64,000 nucleotides of DNA from an uncultured Alphaproteobacteria bacterium (GTDB taxonomy: Bacteria; Pseudomonadota; Alphaproteobacteria; Bin95). Both the position numbers and the translations under genes were made by a program. Where the stretch lies: the NCBI GenBank assembly GCA_937891825.1, contig CALAHN010000081.1, forward strand, positions 6,700 through 70,699, written 5' to 3'. The stretch's first letter is position 1; each line of letters starts with the position of its first letter. This document shows, in pieces, positions 38,719 through 46,699 of this stretch. The notes beneath the pieces are model-generated. The model had not been told where the DNA came from. It saw nothing but the letters and a program-made list of their open reading frames with translations, and made no database searches.

Positions 38719-39555
38719 ATGCCGAAGCGCCTGACGCGGCGACAGCATCAAGACTATCTGACGAACGGGTTTGTCGCCCCGATCCAGGCCTTTACGCCGG
38801 CCGAGGCCGCAAGCTTTCGCCAGCGCTTCGAGGCCTATGAGGCCAGACATGGCGGCTGGCACGAACTCTCCAAGGGTCAGAAACTTTACCTGATCCAGAC
38901 CTGGGCCGCAGAGCTTGCCTCAGCGCCCGCGGTGCTGGATGCGGTCGAGGATGTTCTTGGCCCGGACCTGATGGTCTGGGGCCTCAGCCTGTTCGTGAAG
39001 GATGCCGGCGCGCCCGGCTTCGTCACCTGGCATCAGGATTCGACATATTGGGGCTTGAGCGAGCCCAAGGTCGCGACGGCATGGATCGCGCTTTCGCCGG
39101 CGACCAGGGCGGCCGGCTGCATGAAAATGCTGCCAGGCTCCCATCGCTTCGATCAGCAGCCCCACAAGGACACGCTCGCCGCCGATAATCTTCTGACGCG
39201 CGGCCAGGAAATTGCGATGGCCGTCGACGAAGCGGACGCGGTCTACTGTCCGCTGGATGCGGGCGCCCTCTCCTTGCACCATGTCCGCACGGTCCATGCT
39301 TCGGACCCCAATCGCGGCGACGACCGGCGGATCGGCGTCGCCATCCGCTACATCGCGCCGGATGTGCGACAGGTGAACGGCGAAAAGGATTCGGCCTGGC
39401 TGGTCCGCGGCGAGGACCGGCACGGCAATTTCATCCATGAGGTCCCGCCCAGGGCCGATATGGACCCAGCCGCCCTCGCAGAGCGCGACCGGATCATGCA
39501 ATTACGCCAGGGCGTCCTCTTCAAAGGCGTCGCAGGCGCCCCCGCGCGGTCCTGA
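38719..39555 (+). CDS. Phytanoyl-CoA dioxygenase (PhyH) family Fe(II)/2-oxoglutarate-dependent oxygenase
   Basis: 278 aa; starts 1 nt after DUF4167 stop; VTWHQDSTYW (HxD), later His ligand region. Confidence 0.8.
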   Translation: MPKRLTRRQHQDYLTNGFVAPIQAFTPAEAASFRQRFEAYEARHGGWHELSKGQKLYLIQTWAAELASAPAVLDAVEDVLGPDLMVWGLSLFVKDAGAPGFVTWHQDSTYWGLSEPKVATAWIALSPATRAAGCMKMLPGSHRFDQQPHKDTLAADNLLTRGQEIAMAVDEADAVYCPLDAGALSLHHVRTVHASDPNRGDDRRIGVAIRYIAPDVRQVNGEKDSAWLVRGEDRHGNFIHEVPPRADMDPAALAERDRIMQLRQGVLFKGVAGAPARS

Positions 39556-39629
39556 CCGCCTGCGTCGCGGCGGCTAGAGCATGACGCGCTCAAATGAGCG
39601 CGTGGTCCATCCTCTACCTTATTAATATC

Positions 39630-39677
39630 GATCAAATTATCCAGTCTTAGGCGTTTCCGCCTAAGACTGGTTTGATC
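39630..39677. repeat. Palindromic intergenic repeat element, copy 3 (gatcaaa-ttat-ccagtcttaggcg-tttc-cgcctaagactgg-tttgatc)
   Basis: 44/48 identical to reverse complement of copy 1 (6920-6967); the two stem differences are compensatory (aacc/ggtt vs agtc/gact). Confidence 0.7.
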
Positions 39678-39687
39678 TAGCCGTGCT

Positions 39688-40527
39688 TCAGCTTGCGAGC
39701 GCTTGGCCGGGCGGCGCTTCGCGGGGTTGAAAGAGGCCGCGGGTTGTCGGGTCGGCGACGAAATCGATTGCCGCGCCTGCGGCCGTCTCCTTGTCGCCAA
39801 GGTAAAGATAGCCGTCGGGATTGAGCTGCCGCGCGACAGAATCCAGCACCGTCTTGCGGCGGTCCTGGTCGAAATATGACAGGACGTTGCGGCAGAAGAT
39901 GACGTCGAAGCAGCCGATGTGGGATGGGTCGTCCAGCAGATTGAACTGCTCGAAGCGCACGGTCTTGCGCAGGTCCGACTTGATCCGCCAACGATCGCCG
40001 GCTTGCTTGAAGTGGGCGACCAGATGCCGGATCGGCAGGCCGCGCTGGACCTCGAACTGGCTGTATTCCCCAGCCCTGGCGTGGGCGAGCGCGCTTTCGG
40101 AGATGTCGGTCGCGAGCAACTGAACGCGCCATCCCGAGAGAGCCGCCTTGCGATCGGCGAGCAACATGGCGAGGGAATAGGCTTCCTGGCCGGTCGAGGC
40201 GGCGGCGGACCAGATCCGCAACGTCCGCGTCTCGGCGCGGGCGGCGAGCAGGGCCGGCAGCGCCGTCTCGCTGAAGTGGCGGAAGGGCGCGCCATTCCGG
40301 AAGAAGCAGGTTTCGTTCGTCACGATCGCTTCGACGACAGCGCGCACGGCTTCTGGCGCCCGGGTCGTCATGATGTGCTGGATGAGGTGGTTGATGTCGT
40401 CATGGCCGAACTGCTGGGCCACGGGCGCGAGGCGGGCGTCGGACGCATAGCCGCTATCCGCCTCCAGAACCTGCCCGCATTCCCGGGCGATCAGCGCGGT
40501 CAGAAATTTCTGGTGGGTTGGGGTCAT
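39688..40527 (-). CDS. cheR: Chemotaxis protein methyltransferase CheR
   Basis: 279 aa; N-terminal all-alpha domain + SAM MTase (IWSAAASTGQEAYSLAML, FCRNVLSYFD). Confidence 0.9.
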   Translation of the reverse strand: MTPTHQKFLTALIARECGQVLEADSGYASDARLAPVAQQFGHDDINHLIQHIMTTRAPEAVRAVVEAIVTNETCFFRNGAPFRHFSETALPALLAARAETRTLRIWSAAASTGQEAYSLAMLLADRKAALSGWRVQLLATDISESALAHARAGEYSQFEVQRGLPIRHLVAHFKQAGDRWRIKSDLRKTVRFEQFNLLDDPSHIGCFDVIFCRNVLSYFDQDRRKTVLDSVARQLNPDGYLYLGDKETAAGAAIDFVADPTTRGLFQPREAPPGQALAS

Positions 40528-40602
40528 GGGAAAAGCCTCCCGCGGCCGAAGGCGCGCGCGTCGGTCGTGGCGGCGAAATGCGCAATCGAAAATCCAGCCA
40601 TG

Positions 40603-42534
40603 TCAGATCGCCTCTTCTGCGGCGCTGTCCGCGTGGCGGACCGTCGCCGACACGGCCTCGACCAACTCGTTCAGGTCTGTCGCATCGAGATAGCGGTCGA
40701 AGCCAGCCTGGCGCAGTTGTTCGCCCCGCGCGGGGTCGGCGGTCGCGGATACGGCGATCAGCGGCGTCGCGGCCCATGCGGGCGATGTCCGAACCGCTTC
40801 GGCGAAGGCGCAGCCGTCCATATCGGCGGCGTCGATATTGCTGAGGATGAGCGCGAACCGCGCGCCGTCCGCTTGCAGCGCCAGGGCTGCCGACGGCCCG
40901 CCCGATGTCGCAACCCGATATCCGGCGCGCTCAAGCAGCGGCTTCAACAGATGCTGGGAGAACGGGCTGTCATCGACGATCAGCACGTGTTTCGGGGCGC
41001 CGGCTTCCGGCGCCGGGACGAGGCCTGCCTGTCGGAAGAACGCCGCCGGATCGACGACCGCGCCGGGCGCCGGCGCATCCCCGATATCCAGGATCTCGCG
41101 GACGATCAGGCCGAGCCGGCGGTCGCCGTCCTGGAGCACGATAAAGGGCCGTCGTCCGCGCGTCCCGACCGGGCGGACAAGGTCGAGGACCGGCAGCATG
41201 GCGCCCAGATAGCGGACCGCCCGTCGTCCGTCGCTTTGCTCGATATCGGCAAGGTCGAGTTCGCCCATGCGGCTGATCGCGGCGAGCGGCACGGCAAGGG
41301 CGGCTTCGCCGCCGCCAATGAATGTCAGATAGGATGCCGCCGCCGGCATGGGCGCATGCTGCTGGCGCGGCAGCGAAACCGAAAGGCAAGCGCCGGCGCC
41401 CGGCTTCGAGTTGACGGAGATCGCGCCGCTCAAGCGTTCGATTTCCGTGAGCGCGACATTCAGGCCGTAGCCCCGGCCGGAAATGGTCGTCACCTGGCCA
41501 GCAGTCGAAAAGCCGGGATGGAAGATCTGGCGGAACAGGGCCTGTTCGGTCATCGCGGCCGCCGCCGCTTCGGTCGCCGATCCGGCGCGCACTAGGCCGG
41601 CGCGAATGGCTTCGGCGTCCAGGCCGCGCCCATCGTCCGCGACCCGGACGATCAGGCGGTCGCCGGCGACAGTGGCGCTGACCGCGATCTGCCCCGCGGC
41701 AGGCTTTCCGGCGGCGCGCCGTTCGTCGGCGGTCTCGATGCCGTGATCGCAGGCATTCCTGACCATGTGCAGCAAGGGGCGCTTGATGGCGTCGAAGGTC
41801 GTCATATCGACCGGGATCGACCCGCCTTTGATGGTGAGGTCGATCTCTTTGCCAAGCGCCTCAGCGAGGCTCGCGACGAGGCGCGGCAGGGATTTCCAGG
41901 CGTCGCCGATGGGGCAAAGCACCGGTTGAGGCGGCGCTGGCGGCAGAGGCTCATGCGCCATGGCGGCCTTTGTCTCGGCAAGCTGACCGGCGACAGACAT
42001 CAGGTCGTCGAACAGATTGACGGTCTCGCGCACCGATCGCAGCGTCGGCGCGATCGTGCTGGCGTCCGCCGGGAAAGGGCGGGGCGACGGCTGGCTGTCT
42101 GCCATGTCGGTCTGAGATGTCGACGACGCGGGGCAAAGCGCCGCCAGGGCACTGACGATATCGGCATCGTCGCCGGCAGGCTCACGACCGGTTGTCTCAA
42201 CCGCGACGACAAGCGCGCGGACGCGGTCGACCGCGTGCAGCACCGCGACGATAGCCTCCGGCGCGGGGGCGAGGCCGCCATCCCGGAAATGCGCCAGCAC
42301 GGTTTCGGTCGCGTGGGTCAGGGCGAGCAGGCGCGGCATGCCAAGGAAGCCGCAAGCGCCCTTGATCGTATGAAAGATGCGGAAAATGCCGTCGAGCAGC
42401 GCGACGTCGCCTGGATTCCGCTCGAGCGCCTGCAGTTGCGCGTCGAGGCCGTCAAGGCGTTCGGCGGCGTCGGCGACGAACTCGGTGATCAGGTCATCCA
42501 TTGTGGCCCTTGCCTCTGTTGCGCCAGCGAACAC
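40603..42534 (-). CDS. CheA-like hybrid histidine kinase (Hpt–dimerisation–HATPase–CheW-like–receiver)
   Basis: 643 aa; Hpt FHTIKGACGFLG; G1/G2 DDGRGLD, GRGYGLNV; CheW-like; C-terminal REC with VLIVDDS but atypical LILSNIDAADMDG and no conserved Lys. Confidence 0.8.
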   Translation of the reverse strand: MFAGATEARATMDDLITEFVADAAERLDGLDAQLQALERNPGDVALLDGIFRIFHTIKGACGFLGMPRLLALTHATETVLAHFRDGGLAPAPEAIVAVLHAVDRVRALVVAVETTGREPAGDDADIVSALAALCPASSTSQTDMADSQPSPRPFPADASTIAPTLRSVRETVNLFDDLMSVAGQLAETKAAMAHEPLPPAPPQPVLCPIGDAWKSLPRLVASLAEALGKEIDLTIKGGSIPVDMTTFDAIKRPLLHMVRNACDHGIETADERRAAGKPAAGQIAVSATVAGDRLIVRVADDGRGLDAEAIRAGLVRAGSATEAAAAAMTEQALFRQIFHPGFSTAGQVTTISGRGYGLNVALTEIERLSGAISVNSKPGAGACLSVSLPRQQHAPMPAAASYLTFIGGGEAALAVPLAAISRMGELDLADIEQSDGRRAVRYLGAMLPVLDLVRPVGTRGRRPFIVLQDGDRRLGLIVREILDIGDAPAPGAVVDPAAFFRQAGLVPAPEAGAPKHVLIVDDSPFSQHLLKPLLERAGYRVATSGGPSAALALQADGARFALILSNIDAADMDGCAFAEAVRTSPAWAATPLIAVSATADPARGEQLRQAGFDRYLDATDLNELVEAVSATVRHADSAAEEAI

Positions 42535-42687
42535 CGGTCAACAAAATCAGGCTAAGCCACAGCGTTTAAGATTCTCTTGAAATTATCCAAGCAATCCGCC
42601 CAAACCCGGCGGGCGTGCGGCGCCGCATGCGAAGCGAGGTCCGGTGCTGGATCAACCCAAAGTATGGCTTGATCGAACCCGTCCTGG

Positions 42688-42728
42688 GCCAGAGCAAGGG
42701 GCGCTCAAGGCGCGCGCGCCTTGCTCTG
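42688..42728 (-). terminator. Hairpin downstream of trxA containing perfect palindrome caaggcgcgcgcgccttg
   Basis: ~50 bp past trxA stop on minus strand; extended arms cagagcaagg...ccttgctctg; no clear U-tract. Confidence 0.3.
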
Positions 42729-42774
42729 AATCGCCAGAAATTCGGTCGATGGAGGGCCGTCAAGCTCTCGCGGA

Positions 42775-43095
42775 TCAGATGTTTTCTTCGATCCAGGCCT
42801 TCAGCGCCGGCTTCGGCGCGGCGCCGACCTTGGTCGCGGCGAGCTGGCCGTTCTTGAACAGCATCAGCGTCGGGATGCCGCGAATGCCGTGGGAGCTTGG
42901 CGTGTTGGGATTGTCGTCGATATTCAGCTTCACGACATCGACCTTGCCTTCAAGCTCGGCCGAGATTTCTTCAAGCGCGGGGCCGATGGCTTTGCAGGGG
43001 CCGCACCATTCGGCCCAGAAATCGACGACGACAGGCTTCTTGGCTTTCAGGACATCGACTTCGAAGCTGGCGTCGGAAGTGGCGCGGGTGGCCAT
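42775..43095 (-). CDS. trxA: Thioredoxin
   Basis: 106 aa; WAEWCGPCK active site. Confidence 0.95.
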   Translation of the reverse strand: MATRATSDASFEVDVLKAKKPVVVDFWAEWCGPCKAIGPALEEISAELEGKVDVVKLNIDDNPNTPSSHGIRGIPTLMLFKNGQLAATKVGAAPKPALKAWIEENI

Positions 43096-43183
43096 GGCTA
43101 TTCTCCAGTGAACGTTTAAGCGTTATCCGCCTTAGCTAAGCGCGCCTGGGCCTTGCGTCAATGCGGCGAGGGCCAGCCAAGGC

Positions 43184-46100
43184 CTATTCGCCGGGCGCAA
43201 AGGCGTCGAGCAGCCCGTCGTCCAGCAGGTCGAGGCGGGGCGCTTCCGTCCAGAGCAGCGCGGCTTCGATCCGCCGTCCCGGAAAGGCCTGACGGGCGAG
43301 CGCCCGGTAGAGCGCCATCTGCCGCAGATAGGCGGGCGCCGTCGCCTGGGCGTCCCGGGGCGGCGGCCGGTTGGTCTTGAAGTCGACGATCACGACCCGG
43401 TCGGGCGCGACCAGCAACCGGTCGATGACGCCGGCATAGGCTGCGCCGCTGACCGTTCCCGCGATCGGCGCCTCGGCGAGCGCCGCCGGACTGAAGACCT
43501 GGCCGAACGCCGGATCGTCAAGCAGCGCCAGCGTCGCTGTCAGGATGGCGTCCAGGTCGCCGTCGCCAAGGCTGGCCGCCCGGCGGAGATAGGCCTGGCC
43601 GACGCGTGCGCGCTGGTCCGCGGCGACGGCGGGCAAGCGTTCCAGCAATTTGTGGATCAGCAGCCCGCGGCCGAACCGGATCGCAGCATCCGCCTGACGC
43701 TTGCCGCGCGCCAGCGGCGAGAGAGCGCCGGGCGCATCTGCGGGATCGTCGATGACCCCGCCCGAGGGCGCCTTCGGGGATGACGCGCCGGTCTGCCCCA
43801 AGAGGGGCTCTCCCCACCAGTCAGGCAGGTCGGGCTGCTTTGCTTCGACCGCCGCTGCGGATGGCGGCTCTGCAGGCGTGGCGGCGGCGGCGCCGGCGTC
43901 GGCATAAATCAGCGCCGGTTCGTCCGCGTAATCGACAGGCATTTCGGCGACGCCGTCCATGCGTCGCATGCCAGCTTCAACCAGCGCATGCCAGCAGCCG
44001 TCGACGCGTCCTGGCTTTGTCTTGCCGTTGTACCATCCAGCGATATAGAGCCGGTCCTCGGCGCGGGTCATCGCTACATAGAGCAGCCGCTGCCGTTCCT
44101 TCGCGAGCGCTTGCACGCGCGCATCGCGCAGGCGATGGACCAATGCAGGGTCGTTGTCCTTGGAGGAAGCGCCGAGAATGGGCGCCAGCGCGCCGCCGGC
44201 GGCGGTCCAATAGAGCTTGACCTTGTCCTGGCCCTCGCCGCGGGTCGTGTCCGGCAGGAAGACGACCGGGGCCTGCAAGCCTTTCGCGGCATGGGTCGTC
44301 ATCAGGCGGACGCCCGAGGCCGCGCCCTCAAGCTCCCGTTTGACGTCGATCGTGTCGCGGCCGATCCAGTCGAGAAAGCCCGTCAGGCTCGCCGGATGGT
44401 CGCTGGCATAGCGCAGCGCCAGAGACTGAAATTCCTCGATCGGGTCCAGCACCGCCGGGCCCATGTTGGCGACGAGCCTGGCGCGCCCCTGTTTCGTGCT
44501 GAGCGCCCACTCGAAGAAATCGAAGGGCGGCGCGAAGTCGGCCCGCTCCATGGCTTCCGCGATCAGCGCCCAGGCGTCCCGAATCTTGGCGTCCGCCGCG
44601 GGGGCGGCCGCTGCTTTCTCGAGCCGCCGCCAGAGCGGCGCGCCTTGCCGACCATAGGCGAGCGCCAGCAACTGCTCTTCCGAGAGATGGCAGAGCGGCG
44701 ATTTCAGCACGACTGCGAGCGACAGATCGTCCTCGGGCAGGGCCGCCACCTGGCCGAGCGCTGTCAGATCGCGAACGGCGATATGGCTGATGAGACGCAT
44801 GCGGTCGACGCCGGCGGTCGGAACGCCGCGCGCTTTGAGGGCGCGTTCCAGCGCGTCGCCGAAAGCGCGGCGGGTCTGCACGACGACCATGATATCGCCA
44901 GCTTCGATGCGCCTGGCGGTCGGCCGGCTGCGGGTCGGGTGGATGCGGGCCTCCGGATCGGCGATCAGGTCCGCGATCTTTTTGGCGATGGCCTCGGCCA
45001 GCCGAGCTTCGGCCGAGACGCCGGCTGCCGGGTAGTCCTGGAGCGGCGTCCAGGGATCGCTCTCCTCGGCGGCGGCGGCGGGCATGACCGGCCAGAATTC
45101 CACATGACCGGGCAGGCCGGCGCGGTCGGCGCTGTGGCGCGGCGGCGCGCCATCGGGCGACAGGCCGTCGAGCGCCGGCGCTTCGGCGAAGGTCGCGTCG
45201 ACGGCTTGCAGCACGGCGGGCACCGAGCGGAACGACACCTCGAGCGGCACTTGCGCGAACGGCAGCCCGGCGGCTTCGCTGGCGGCGCGGAACTGGGCCT
45301 GGCTCTTGTGGAACTCGGCCGGGTCGGCGCGCTGGAAACTGAAGATCGACTGCTTGGGATCGCCGACCGCAAAGACCGTGCGCCGGAGCGCCGCGTCGGG
45401 CTGAAAGAATTCGCCCGTGAGCGCCCGGACGATATCCCATTGCTCCGGGTTCGTGTCCTGGGCTTCATCGACCAGGATGTGATCAATGCCCTGGTCGAGC
45501 TTGTAGAGCGCCCATCCGGCGCCGCCCTCGCTTTGCAGCAGGTCGCGGGTCTTCAGGATCAGATCGTCGAAATCGAGCGCCGCCCTGGCCGCCTTCATGC
45601 GGTCATAGCGGTCGCCGATGGCCTCCGCGAGGCGAAGCGCCGCCAGCGTATCGAGGCCGCGATCGGCGGCGCGGACCCGGTCCAGGCCGGCTGCAAGCGT
45701 CTCGATGACGGCGCTGGCCGTCTCCAGGAGCCAGGGGTTGTCGGCGACGACGGCCTTGGTCGCGACATCGGCGAAGGGCGGGCCTTCGCCCCCATCCTTG
45801 AAGAAGCCGCTTCTGAGGCCGGCCAGGGTTTCGCGCCGCGTCGCCGTATCCGCCGCGAGCCATGCCGCGATCTTGTCGGCCCTCTCCCGATCCCTCGTGC
45901 CGCCCGCGCCCAGGGCGACGCCGACCCGGCGGAGCGCGGCCAGCATCGCGTCGTCGAGGTCGGCGGCCTCGGCCTCCGCGGTCAGCAGATCGTCTTCACG
46001 CTTGAAGCCAAGCGCCCGCAGTACAGCGGCCGTCGCGCCGCCCGGCTGCTTCGCCAGTTCGGCGAGGCGCGCCCGTTCCTGCAGCAGGGCCAGAAGCACG

Positions 46101-46699
46101 GCGTCCAGGTTCTCGACGCCGCCGCGGAGCGCCATGCGGTTGAGGGCGGCCGCCAATGCGGGCTCGGTCTGGTTCGCCAGAATGCGCCGCAGCACGGCGT
46201 CCCGGGCTGCGCCCCGGAGTTCGGCCGCGCCGCGTTCGTCGAGCGCCTCGAAGCTCGGCGGCGCGCCGGCCTCGATCGGGAAGCGCTCCAGCGCGCCCTG
46301 GCAGAAGCTGTGGACGGTCTGCACCTTCAGGCCGCCGGGCGCATCGACCACCCGGGCGAAAAGCGAGCGGGCGGTCCGGATCGCCTGCTCGCTCGGCTGC
46401 GCGTCCATCATGTCCGCCAGGCTTTGGGCGATGTCGGCTTCGCTCGCGGCCGACCACTCGGCGAGGCGGGCGGTCAGCCGGTTCGCCATTTCCGCCGCCG
46501 CCGCCTTGGTGAAGGTCAGGCAGAGGATCCGTTCCGGCGCCCGGTGGCGCAGCATCAGCCGAAGCGCCCTGTCCGTCAGCACCTTGGTCTTGCCCGATCC
46601 GGCGGACGCATCGACCCAGGCGGACCGTTCAGGATGGGACGCAAGCTTCTGCGCGTTCGCGGCGCGCCTGGACGCTTCTGAAGGGGCGGCCTGGTTCAT
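43184..46699 (-). CDS. addA: Double-strand break repair helicase/nuclease AddA (UvrD-like helicase + C-terminal PD-(D/E)xK nuclease)
   Basis: 1171 aa; Walker A ASAGSGKTKVL; UvrD motifs. Confidence 0.9.
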   Translation of the reverse strand: MNQAAPSEASRRAANAQKLASHPERSAWVDASAGSGKTKVLTDRALRLMLRHRAPERILCLTFTKAAAAEMANRLTARLAEWSAASEADIAQSLADMMDAQPSEQAIRTARSLFARVVDAPGGLKVQTVHSFCQGALERFPIEAGAPPSFEALDERGAAELRGAARDAVLRRILANQTEPALAAALNRMALRGGVENLDAVLLALLQERARLAELAKQPGGATAAVLRALGFKREDDLLTAEAEAADLDDAMLAALRRVGVALGAGGTRDRERADKIAAWLAADTATRRETLAGLRSGFFKDGGEGPPFADVATKAVVADNPWLLETASAVIETLAAGLDRVRAADRGLDTLAALRLAEAIGDRYDRMKAARAALDFDDLILKTRDLLQSEGGAGWALYKLDQGIDHILVDEAQDTNPEQWDIVRALTGEFFQPDAALRRTVFAVGDPKQSIFSFQRADPAEFHKSQAQFRAASEAAGLPFAQVPLEVSFRSVPAVLQAVDATFAEAPALDGLSPDGAPPRHSADRAGLPGHVEFWPVMPAAAAEESDPWTPLQDYPAAGVSAEARLAEAIAKKIADLIADPEARIHPTRSRPTARRIEAGDIMVVVQTRRAFGDALERALKARGVPTAGVDRMRLISHIAVRDLTALGQVAALPEDDLSLAVVLKSPLCHLSEEQLLALAYGRQGAPLWRRLEKAAAAPAADAKIRDAWALIAEAMERADFAPPFDFFEWALSTKQGRARLVANMGPAVLDPIEEFQSLALRYASDHPASLTGFLDWIGRDTIDVKRELEGAASGVRLMTTHAAKGLQAPVVFLPDTTRGEGQDKVKLYWTAAGGALAPILGASSKDNDPALVHRLRDARVQALAKERQRLLYVAMTRAEDRLYIAGWYNGKTKPGRVDGCWHALVEAGMRRMDGVAEMPVDYADEPALIYADAGAAAATPAEPPSAAAVEAKQPDLPDWWGEPLLGQTGASSPKAPSGGVIDDPADAPGALSPLARGKRQADAAIRFGRGLLIHKLLERLPAVAADQRARVGQAYLRRAASLGDGDLDAILTATLALLDDPAFGQVFSPAALAEAPIAGTVSGAAYAGVIDRLLVAPDRVVIVDFKTNRPPPRDAQATAPAYLRQMALYRALARQAFPGRRIEAALLWTEAPRLDLLDDGLLDAFAPGE

